Assembly (NCBI GenBank): GCA_043743005.1
Contig: JAYTXK010000213.1
Coordinates: forward strand, 1-24,135
Direction of reading: 5' to 3'
Length of the DNA stretch: 24,135 nt
Origin: Ignavibacteriota bacterium
GTDB lineage: Bacteria; Bacteroidota; Ignavibacteria; Kapaibacteriales; UBA2268
Made by a program: the position numbers and the translations under genes. The notes under the pieces are model-generated. The model was not told the DNA's origin. It searched no databases and worked only from the letters and a program-made list of their open reading frames with translations. Positions 8,412 through 16,300 of this stretch are shown in pieces. Every line of letters starts with the position of its first letter. Positions within the stretch are counted from its first letter, which is position 1.

Positions 8412-8509
8412 ATTATATAGATTAAGTATTAAATAAATTTTGAGTTAATCTTTTGTGAAATTTTTCGTAAATTAATAAATTACACTTCTACATTTTGGAA
8501 ATTAATTTT

Positions 8510-10357
8510 ATGAAAAAATTTATACTTATTATCTTTATTTTGGTTTTACTATCAATAGAATTATTTGCTCAAAAGCACAATTTGGGAGTTAATATTGATA
8601 ATGCAAATGCTTTTGTAAATCTTGCAAATCATTTGAATAATTATAGCAAGGCTAAAAGCTATGATAGCCTTGGCTGGCCCCAAAGCGATTTTGAATTATT
8701 ATTTGATGGTCGCCCTGTTGCCGAGTGGAGCAATGATATAGATGACCCTTCAAAATTTAGAACTAATTATTCTGGAATTTATAAATGCAGTTTCAAAGGC
8801 TCTGCAAATGTTGTTGCAAGTTGGTCGGTAGTATCTGTAGAAAATAAAATTTATGACCCATTATCTAATACTACTTATTTTGATTTGAATATTGGTGGAT
8901 ACCCAAATACAGGTCATGGATTAGTCAATTTCTCGTTTACTTCCACAAAGAGAAGCCCAAATGACACTTTAAATTCAGGAATAACAAATTTAAAAATTAA
9001 TAGACCCAGCTATCCAATTAATTCAACAAAAATATTTACTGATGAATATATTTCACTTTTGAAATCAGCAGATTTTTCTTGTTATAGATTTTATGGTGTG
9101 CAAAATATATGGGATGGTGAGCCAACTTATCCTAAAAAATCAAAATGGAATAATAGAAAAACTCCTAATGATGCAAGCCAAAGTAGTATGAAAAATATGA
9201 ATAATAAAAGCGATGCTTGGAGTTGGGATTATATAATAGCACTTGCAAATATATTAAAAAAAGATATTTGGGTAAATGTATATATTTCTGCTGATTCAGA
9301 TTATGTTATTAATTTGGCAAATCTTTTAAAGACAAAATTAGACCCTTCAATTAATATTTATGTTGAAAATAGTAATGAGGTTTGGAGTCCAACCCAAACT
9401 ACACACGGACCTTATAATAAATCTCAAGCAGATGAATATAAAATTACTTTTGACCAAAACTATGCTCGTAGAACTGTGGAAGTATCAAATTTATTTAAAA
9501 CAGTATTTGGTATATATGAAATGAATAAAAGAGTGAGAGTAGTGCTTGGAGCTCAGCAAGCTTATGGAGGCAGGTCTGATACTCACCTTGATTATATAAA
9601 TAAAAATATAGGCTCTCCCAGTATTTATATATATGCTTTGGCACCCTCATTATATTTTGGTTCTAAAAATTCAAATGGAGATACAAATGCAATTAATCAA
9701 GGAATGTTAGATGACATTGATTCTCAATTGCAGAGCTTAACTGATAGAAAGGGTCATCTTAATAGATCTATAAAATGGTCATTAGTTGGTGGATGTGTAT
9801 CTTATGAGGGTGGTCCTTCAATCCCTGCAAGTGGTGGGAAAACAAATCTTTCAAACCAAATTCTTGCAAATCGCACTTATAAAATGAAAGAAATAATTAA
9901 AAAGAATTTTCAAGATGGCTGGTTTGATATTGGAGGCAATTTGGCAATGTATTTTACTTTATATAGTGGCTATAATAGATACGGATGTTGGGGCTTGACT
10001 GATGATTATAACAATTCTGATAGAAATTTCAAAATGCAAGCAGTAAGGGAAATTATTGGTACAAAGTCTGATGTATATGAAAATAAAGGAACTGAAAATA
10101 TATTTAGTGTAGCTCCCAATCCATTTAGCTCAAGAACTACTTTAATTTATTATTATAGTAAAGTTGAAAATAATTTAAATATTAGAATCATTAACGAATT
10201 TGGAATTATAGTTGAAAATAAAAGTAATCTATCTTGTTGCGAAGGAATAAATAAATATACTTTAGATATGAGTAAATTTCCTAATGGAGTTTATTGTGTA
10301 GAAATTAATGATGGTATTAATTCTTCATTTTTAAAAATGATAAAAAGTGGAGAATAA
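8510..10357 (+). CDS. Secreted clan GH-A-like glycoside hydrolase with a T9SS C-terminal domain
   Basis: Signal peptide MKKFILIIFILVLLSIELFA (ATG 8510 preferred over TTG 8495), acid/base-like YVENSNEVW, nucleophile-like SYEGG, CTD APNPF...LDMSKFPNGVYCVEI...KMIK. Confidence 0.72.
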   Translation: MKKFILIIFILVLLSIELFAQKHNLGVNIDNANAFVNLANHLNNYSKAKSYDSLGWPQSDFELLFDGRPVAEWSNDIDDPSKFRTNYSGIYKCSFKGSANVVASWSVVSVENKIYDPLSNTTYFDLNIGGYPNTGHGLVNFSFTSTKRSPNDTLNSGITNLKINRPSYPINSTKIFTDEYISLLKSADFSCYRFYGVQNIWDGEPTYPKKSKWNNRKTPNDASQSSMKNMNNKSDAWSWDYIIALANILKKDIWVNVYISADSDYVINLANLLKTKLDPSINIYVENSNEVWSPTQTTHGPYNKSQADEYKITFDQNYARRTVEVSNLFKTVFGIYEMNKRVRVVLGAQQAYGGRSDTHLDYINKNIGSPSIYIYALAPSLYFGSKNSNGDTNAINQGMLDDIDSQLQSLTDRKGHLNRSIKWSLVGGCVSYEGGPSIPASGGKTNLSNQILANRTYKMKEIIKKNFQDGWFDIGGNLAMYFTLYSGYNRYGCWGLTDDYNNSDRNFKMQAVREIIGTKSDVYENKGTENIFSVAPNPFSSRTTLIYYYSKVENNLNIRIINEFGIIVENKSNLSCCEGINKYTLDMSKFPNGVYCVEINDGINSSFLKMIKSGE

Positions 10358-10367
10358 GGAATTATTA

Positions 10368-11039
10368 TTAAAAAGCTTTAGCCTTAAAATTATTTGGAGT
10401 TTCAATTACAACCATATCATTTTTCAATGTAGCAGGATAAAATCCAGCTTTTAGTATTTCTTTTGTTTGAACATCTTTCAAATGAGGCACAGCTATTATC
10501 CCAAACTTCTTTTTATCGCTCAGTTCTGGGAAAAAAGTATCAAATTTATTTATAATTTCGGAAAGCTGTTTAATTGCATCTTTGGAATATCTTGATTTTA
10601 TTTCAGTTAAAAAAACAGAATTTATATTTCCATTTACAATTCCCATTGCATCAATCTCAATTGAAGAATTATTTAATTCTCTTGAGTTATTTGCAGTAAA
10701 AAACTGAACTCCAAATTTAGTTTTCATCAAATTAGAAAGTGAATTAAAGAACAAATCTTCAGTAAATTTACCTAAGCTTCTATTTAATCCACCAATTTGC
10801 TTTCCTTGTTCAAAAATAGCTTTGCTATGTTCAGCAAATTCTAATCTTTGTTCAGCAAATTCTAATCTTTGTTCAGCAATTTGCTTGCTTATTCTTTCAA
10901 TTTTAGCATCAGTTTCTTTAAACCTTTTGTCCATTCTTGCATCAGTTTCTTTAAACTTGGCATCAGTTTCTTTAAACTTGGCATCAGTTTCTTTAAACAT
11001 TAGCCATACTTTTTCAAAACTTAATTTTTCTTCTTTCAT
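10368..11039 (-). CDS. Coiled-coil heptad-repeat protein with a C-terminal PD-(D/E)xK domain (DUF3782-like)
   Basis: Likely start ATG 11039 (MKEEKLSFEKVW). KFKETDA and EQRLEFA repeats, LGKFTE, EIDAMG...TEIKS nuclease-fold motif. Confidence 0.75.
   Translation of the reverse strand: MKEEKLSFEKVWLMFKETDAKFKETDAKFKETDARMDKRFKETDAKIERISKQIAEQRLEFAEQRLEFAEHSKAIFEQGKQIGGLNRSLGKFTEDLFFNSLSNLMKTKFGVQFFTANNSRELNNSSIEIDAMGIVNGNINSVFLTEIKSRYSKDAIKQLSEIINKFDTFFPELSDKKKFGIIAVPHLKDVQTKEILKAGFYPATLKNDMVVIETPNNFKAKAF
10828..10879. repeat. 21-bp tandem repeat, about 2.5 copies (TGTTCAGCAAATTCTAATCTT)
   Basis: Units start at 10828, 10849 and 10870; encodes EQRLEFA on the minus strand. Confidence 0.9.
10906..10998. 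repeat. 21-bp period repeat with core GCATCAGTTTCTTTAAAC (4 cores)
   Basis: Cores at 10906, 10939, 10960 and 10981; encodes FKETDA on the minus strand. Confidence 0.9.
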
Positions 11040-11185
11040 ATTATTACTATTTTTTTTATTTATTTTACAAATACACGAATAAATGACAAATATATTATTT
11101 GTGATCTTTTTATAATTCAATATAGTTAAAAGCCTATTAATAAAAATATTAATAAATAAAATTCTTACTTTTTATTTAAAAATAT

Positions 11186-11725
11186 TTATTTTGGTGGTAC
11201 ATATCCAAATTTTGCTAAACGTTCACCCATTGGTTCATAATATAAAGGGTCTTTTGGGCTAACTGTAGCTAATCCGTCAACATAGCGGTTGTACATACAA
11301 AAAGCAGCAGCAATTATTACAGTATCGTGTATTTCTATATCTCTAGCACCATTTACTTTTGCAATATGAACTAATTCTGTTGTTACAGTTCGTGCATCTT
11401 TTTGGACAGCTGCTGCAATTGCTAATAATGATTTTAATTTATTTGGAATTGGAGCATTGCTAAAATCCTCCATTACCAAATCTACCACATTTGCATTTTC
11501 TCCATAAAGATATTTTGCAACAGAGCCATGGCTTGACTTGCAATAATGACAACCATTTAAATGTGATACAAAAGTAGCAATAAGTTCGCTATCAGCCTCT
11601 CCCAATGATGAATTTTGCTTTAAAAGTGCTTGAGCTAATTCATATAGTGCTTTGCCAGTATCAAGTCTAAAACTTGCTAAACTACGGATACCAGCTAAAT
11701 TTTCATCTAATTTTATATGAGGCAT
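11186..11725 (-). CDS. AhpD/carboxymuconolactone-decarboxylase-like peroxidase-related protein
   Basis: ELIATFVSHLNGCHYC (CxxC), HDTVIIAAAFCMYNRYVDG. Confidence 0.85.
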   Translation of the reverse strand: MPHIKLDENLAGIRSLASFRLDTGKALYELAQALLKQNSSLGEADSELIATFVSHLNGCHYCKSSHGSVAKYLYGENANVVDLVMEDFSNAPIPNKLKSLLAIAAAVQKDARTVTTELVHIAKVNGARDIEIHDTVIIAAAFCMYNRYVDGLATVSPKDPLYYEPMGERLAKFGYVPPK

Positions 11726-11743
11726 ATTTTCTCAATTTTTAAG

Positions 11744-12298
11744 TTATATTTTTGGTAAATTTTGGGGTCGTCTATTATAACCAAAATCAACAATTTTATG
11801 ACCCAATTGTTCATAATATTCTTGCTCAGTTGGTGTTATTGTTGACATACCATCTACATATTTATTATACAAACAAAAAAGCGATGCAATTAGAACTGTA
11901 TCATGGATTTCCATATCAGTAGCACCTTGTTTTTTAGCTAAAACAATAGCTTCATCAGTTACTTCTTTACCATTTTTTTGAACTAATGTTGCAATTTTAA
12001 GTAATGCTTTCATTTTTTCAGAAACTGGAGCAGAATCAATATCAGCAAGCATACACTCAGTTGTATGAGTATTACCCAAAAGTTGGTTTGCAACTGTAAC
12101 ATGAGCAGTTGTGCAATACTTACATTCATTTTTTGATGAAACAATTGAAGCGATTAGTTCTCTTTCGCCACGAGTAAGAGAATTTTCTTGACGAAGCAAT
12201 ATCTCTGTAAGTTCTCTGATAGGCATTGCTGTATCAAGCCTAAATTCAAGGAGACCAGTTATTCCTGGTAAGCTTGTGTTTAATTTAATATGAGGCAT
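11744..12298 (-). CDS. AhpD/carboxymuconolactone-decarboxylase-like peroxidase-related protein (paralogue of the adjacent gene)
   Basis: ELIASIVSSKNECKYC (CxxC), HDTVLIASLFCLYNKYVDG; same MPHIKL start. Confidence 0.85.
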   Translation of the reverse strand: MPHIKLNTSLPGITGLLEFRLDTAMPIRELTEILLRQENSLTRGERELIASIVSSKNECKYCTTAHVTVANQLLGNTHTTECMLADIDSAPVSEKMKALLKIATLVQKNGKEVTDEAIVLAKKQGATDMEIHDTVLIASLFCLYNKYVDGMSTITPTEQEYYEQLGHKIVDFGYNRRPQNLPKI

Positions 12299-12336
12299 AT
12301 TATACTTAATTCAAAAATTCTAAATATCTTATTTTT

Positions 12337-12344
12337 CAAAGATA
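12337..12344 (-). promoter_or_regulatory. -7 box TATCTTTG upstream of the AhpD-like pair
   Basis: CAAAGATA on the plus strand, 38 nt upstream of the start at 12298. Confidence 0.45.
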
Positions 12345-12403
12345 ACATTTTATTTGTTATTGGAAAAAGTTTATTATTTATTATATGAATTAAACTAATT
12401 TAT

Positions 12404-13249
12404 TTAGCTTTTGAAATAAATAGTAATGTTTTTTTCTTTATTAAATCTTGAAATTAATTCTTGCTTAATATTGCTTTCAGTTTCTCTTCTTTTAAAGAAT
12501 TTACATATATAATGAATTATTATTTTGAATTTGTATTCATCAAGATTTAACATAACATTTGGGCTATGAGAGGGGAAAAGCAAATCTTGGTAATGAGCTT
12601 TAATATCACTTTTATCTTTTTCCGAAAATTGATATGAAAATTCTAAAGCAATGTCATCAGCAATTTGCTTAGCTTTTTCCAAATCACTTTCTTTTGTGAT
12701 AGATACTTCAATTTCATTCCAAATCAAACCTAAACCTTTTGAATAGTTTGCTACTTTTTGAGTAAGAGCAAGGCTATTAGGTATTTTGATTAATCTACCT
12801 GTTGGCGAATCATTACTCATCCAATTACCAATTTCGGCAACCGAAATATATAAAGGTCCAAATTCCATAACATCACCAATTACACTATCTCCAACTTCAA
12901 TTCTATCGCCTACTTCAAATAAACCTCTCCATACAATTACCATATAAGCAACAAAATTGAGTATTAGCTCTTTTGAAACTAAAATCAGTGTAGCAGAAAC
13001 TAATGTAATTAATTGGAAAAAGGACTTAATGTCATTGAACCAAATTGTAAGTAAAGCTACTAAGCCTATTATAGTAACTATGTAGTTTGCTGTTTGTCTC
13101 CAAAGATATTTAGATGTTAATTGTTGAACATTTTTATTTATTATTCTGCCAACAATGCCACGCAAAATTAAACTGACTGTTACAACAAGTGCAGTTGCAA
13201 AGATTTGGAAATTAGTATTATCTAAAAGTCGGTGAATATTTCTAAACAT
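12404..13249 (-). CDS. MscS-family small-conductance mechanosensitive channel
   Basis: Three N-terminal TM segments, then FEVGDRIEVG...GDVMEFG, TGRLIKIPNS, NYS. Confidence 0.88.
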   Translation of the reverse strand: MFRNIHRLLDNTNFQIFATALVVTVSLILRGIVGRIINKNVQQLTSKYLWRQTANYIVTIIGLVALLTIWFNDIKSFFQLITLVSATLILVSKELILNFVAYMVIVWRGLFEVGDRIEVGDSVIGDVMEFGPLYISVAEIGNWMSNDSPTGRLIKIPNSLALTQKVANYSKGLGLIWNEIEVSITKESDLEKAKQIADDIALEFSYQFSEKDKSDIKAHYQDLLFPSHSPNVMLNLDEYKFKIIIHYICKFFKRRETESNIKQELISRFNKEKNITIYFKS

Positions 13250-13277
13250 AATTCTTAATTATTGAAAAATTTGATAT

Positions 13278-13304
13278 AAAAAAACCGCATTTTCAGCGGC
13301 TTTT
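13278..13304 (-). terminator. Intrinsic terminator after the DUF2795 gene
   Basis: Minus strand AAAAGCCGC-TGAAAAT-GCGGTTTTTTT. Confidence 0.7.
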
Positions 13305-13308
13305 CAGA

Positions 13309-13548
13309 TTAATAATATTGTTCTTCTTCGTCGTCATTGTAGAAGTATTCTTCACTCGAAACATCTTCATATTCGGGCCATAAGTCTTCCATTCCCTCAA
13401 TTAATTCATCATTGTCATCTAATTCATCAAGATTATCCAACACTTGCTGGGGGCAACCAGCACGATTTGCATAATCAATTAATTCTTCTTTGGTTGAAGG
13501 CCAAGGGGCATCTTCTAGAGAAACAGCCAATTCAGGAGTCCAAAACAT
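13309..13548 (-). CDS. DUF2795 family small acidic protein
   Basis: MFWTPELAVSLEDAPWPSTKEELIDYA matches the conserved Bacteroidota MYWTLELASxLEDAPWPATKDELIDYA pattern (recalled). Confidence 0.85.
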   Translation of the reverse strand: MFWTPELAVSLEDAPWPSTKEELIDYANRAGCPQQVLDNLDELDDNDELIEGMEDLWPEYEDVSSEEYFYNDDEEEQYY

Positions 13549-13708
13549 TTTAAATCCTCACTTATAAATTTTATTTCAATTTTTATTATTTTAACAATAC
13601 CAGATAAAAGCTACTATTTATTGAAACTATTGAAAGATAATTCAATATTGCAACTCAATATTTGGCATAATCGAATAATGTAATATTCTATTTTAAAAAA
13701 TTTTAAAA

Positions 13709-13757
13709 TAAGCAAAATAATTTCATTATTGTCTTTGAAATAGTTAGTTTTGTAAAA
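13709..13757 (+). repeat. Left copy of a 49-bp direct repeat flanking the C5 R-M cassette
   Basis: TAAGCAAAATAATTTCATTATTGTCTTTGAAATAGTTAGTTTTGTAAAA; 48/49 identical to 16176-16224. Confidence 0.95.
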
Positions 13758-13812
13758 TAGAAATCAAAAAGAAAATATATTTTATGTATATTGCAATAAT
13801 AAAATTAAAGAA

Positions 13813-15045
13813 ATGAATATGAAATTAAAACAAACAATAAGTATTGATGAATTTGAAGGCAAGAACTTTCAGATTAGACTTGTTGAAGGTATAGAAGACA
13901 AAGCTGTTTTAACACATTATCTTCATAATTACCGAAATGGTGTTAAAAAACATTATGAAAAAGATGCAATTTCTACTCTTAATAATTTTATTGATTTTAA
14001 AAAAATAAATGAAGAAAAGAATTTAGTTCAAGAAGATACTTTAAGGCAACTATTATTTGAAGTTGAAAATGTTCCTTTTCCAACTCCTAAAAACTATACT
14101 TTTAAATTCATAGATTTATTTGCAGGCATTGGGGGGTTTAGGCTTGCTTTACAAAATGTTGGTGGAAAATGTGTTTTTACAAGTGAATGGAATGTAGATG
14201 CTCAGAAAACTTACAGAGAAAACTTTGGAGAAGTTCCATTTGGCGATATTACAAAAGAAAGAAATAAAGCATACATACCTGAAAAATTTGATATATTATG
14301 TGCAGGATTCCCTTGTCAAGCATTTTCTATTGCTGGACAGCAAAAAGGATTTGCTGATACAAGAGGAACTTTATTTTTTGATATTGAGCAAATTATTGCA
14401 ACTCACAAGCCAAAAGTAGTATTTTTAGAAAACGTAAAAAACTTAGTTTCTCACGATAACGGTAATACGTTTAAGATAATAATTGATACTCTTGAAAAAA
14501 AATTAGGTTACAAAACTTTTTCAAAAGTTTTAAATACAGCAAAACATTCAAATGTACCTCAAAACAGAGAAAGAATTTTTATAGTGGCATTTGATCCAAA
14601 AAAAGTTAAAAAATATAATAATTTTAAGTTTCCTTCAGATATTAAATTAACTAAAACAATTCATGATTTTATAGATAAAGGAAAGCAAGATGATATTTAT
14701 TATTATAAAAAAGAACACCAATATTATCCTGAACTATTAAAATCTTTGCTATCCAAAGATACTGTTTATCAGTGGCGTAGAGTGTATGCAAGAGAAAACA
14801 AAAGTAATCTTTGCCCAACTTTAACAGCAAATATGGGTTCTGGTGGACATAATGTACCTCTTATAAAAGATAATTTCGGAATTAGAAAATTAACTCCAAA
14901 AGAATGCTTTGCATTTCAAGGTTATCCTATTGATAAATACATTTTGCCGAAGCTTGCAAATAGCAAATTATATATGCAAGCAGGTAATTCTGTAACTACA
15001 ACTTTAATTGAAAGGATAGTAAATCAAATTATTAAAGTTCTATGA
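13813..15045 (+). CDS. C5-cytosine DNA methyltransferase with a ~95-aa N-terminal extension
   Basis: FIDLFAGIGG (I), GFPCQAFS (IV), LENVKNL (VI), QNRERIF (VIII), RKLTPKECFAFQGY (IX), QAGNSV (X). The TRD YQWRR...CPTLTANMGSGGHNVP resembles GCNGC-group enzymes as I recall them. Confidence 0.96.
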   Translation: MNMKLKQTISIDEFEGKNFQIRLVEGIEDKAVLTHYLHNYRNGVKKHYEKDAISTLNNFIDFKKINEEKNLVQEDTLRQLLFEVENVPFPTPKNYTFKFIDLFAGIGGFRLALQNVGGKCVFTSEWNVDAQKTYRENFGEVPFGDITKERNKAYIPEKFDILCAGFPCQAFSIAGQQKGFADTRGTLFFDIEQIIATHKPKVVFLENVKNLVSHDNGNTFKIIIDTLEKKLGYKTFSKVLNTAKHSNVPQNRERIFIVAFDPKKVKKYNNFKFPSDIKLTKTIHDFIDKGKQDDIYYYKKEHQYYPELLKSLLSKDTVYQWRRVYARENKSNLCPTLTANMGSGGHNVPLIKDNFGIRKLTPKECFAFQGYPIDKYILPKLANSKLYMQAGNSVTTTLIERIVNQIIKVL

Positions 15046-16178
15046 AATCATTTGCAGAAATAGATATTGAAAACAAAGGAAATTATTTAAAATTACTTTC
15101 AGCAGTCTCAAAACTCTCAGGTTTGTTCAGCGAAAGTGCAATTCCTTTTATAAATTATAGAGTTGCAGAAAATGTTTTTTGCCGAAGTTTTGATGCTGGA
15201 AATCTTTCAAGGTCAGACACTGCTTTTGATGCAAAGTATAATTCTATTGGTGTTGGTTTGAAAACTTTTACTTGTAATTCAAATAGTAGTACTGAAAAAA
15301 TAGCAGAATTCAACTCTTTATCGGGAACATTAAAAGATTTTAAAGAAAAAGAATTGGCAATAAAACTAGGCGAATATAGAAATGACAGAATAAAATTAGC
15401 AAACAGACTTTATGATATTGAAAGTTCTATTTATCATATTGTTGCTAGAAAACAATATGAACTTTTGCTATATGAAACAGATTATAACTTTATTGATATT
15501 GAGAATATAGATGCTGTAAAAGACAATAAGTCAAGTTTGCAATTTGAAGATGGAAACAACTTTTATTCTTTCAATTATTCAAAAAGCACTCTTTATAGAA
15601 AATTTATTATTCCTCAAAATGTACACAGACTTCCAATTGAAATAATAGAAGATCCATATTCTTTATTACTTAATCTCTTTTTAAACAAAGATATAAAACT
15701 AGCTAATGACAAATTAGTAAAAGGTCATAGTTATGTAATTTTACCACTTTATGGAATAGATAAAAAAGAAAAACATATATTTGAAAAATCTGGTTTAAAT
15801 CAATGGAATGCAAATGGAAGAAAAAGAGATAATGGTGAAATTTACATTCCAATACCTACTATATTACACAAAAAATATCCAAATTTCTTTCCAAATAGAG
15901 ATATAAATTTTAATTTGCAAATTCCTACAGGAGAACTATTTAGTGCAAAACTTTGTCAAGATAATTCTAAAGCTCTAATGACAAATCCAAATAAAGTACT
16001 TTCAGACTGGCTTTTAAGAAAGGTTTTACAACTTAAAGAAGGAGAATTAGCTACAATGGAAAAATTAGATAAATTAGGTTTTGATAGCGTTATAATTACC
16101 AAAACAGACACTCAAAATTTTAAAATTGATATTATGAAAACTAATACATATTCTGAATTTGTAAATGATTCTGATTAA
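15042..16178 (+). CDS. Type II restriction endonuclease, NgoFVII-family-like (N-terminal PD-(D/E)xK-type domain, C-terminal B3-like domain)
   Basis: ATGA overlap with the MTase; LSRSDTAFDAK...GVGLKTF; C-terminal GLNQWNANGRKRDNGEIYIPIP and KALMTNPNKVLSDWLL. Confidence 0.8.
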   Translation: MKSFAEIDIENKGNYLKLLSAVSKLSGLFSESAIPFINYRVAENVFCRSFDAGNLSRSDTAFDAKYNSIGVGLKTFTCNSNSSTEKIAEFNSLSGTLKDFKEKELAIKLGEYRNDRIKLANRLYDIESSIYHIVARKQYELLLYETDYNFIDIENIDAVKDNKSSLQFEDGNNFYSFNYSKSTLYRKFIIPQNVHRLPIEIIEDPYSLLLNLFLNKDIKLANDKLVKGHSYVILPLYGIDKKEKHIFEKSGLNQWNANGRKRDNGEIYIPIPTILHKKYPNFFPNRDINFNLQIPTGELFSAKLCQDNSKALMTNPNKVLSDWLLRKVLQLKEGELATMEKLDKLGFDSVIITKTDTQNFKIDIMKTNTYSEFVNDSD

Positions 16179-16224
16179 GCAAAATAATTTCATTATTGTA
16201 TTTGAAATAGTTAGTTTTGTAAAA
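16176..16224 (+). repeat. Right copy of the 49-bp direct repeat
   Basis: TAAGCAAAATAATTTCATTATTGTATTTGAAATAGTTAGTTTTGTAAAA; single C/A mismatch at repeat position 25. Confidence 0.95.
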
Positions 16225-16300
16225 GTAAAATCATATTAAAAGAATTTAGTTGAGGGTGATTTTAATAATTTTTTATAAATTTTTTAATTAGGAATACAAA

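Larger units (their letters stand above)
13709..16224 (+). mobile_element. R-M cassette inserted with a long target duplication (unit 2467 bp; no recombinase in the cassette)
   Basis: The two R-M genes lie exactly between the two 49-bp direct repeats; the right copy begins with the REase stop codon. Confidence 0.7.

Noticed and set aside
10822-11082. 21-bp repeats as a CRISPR array; 86-aa plus-strand ORF
   Set aside because: The repeats are contiguous without unique spacers and encode heptads of the minus-strand protein; the ORF is their antisense shadow. No cas genes are present.
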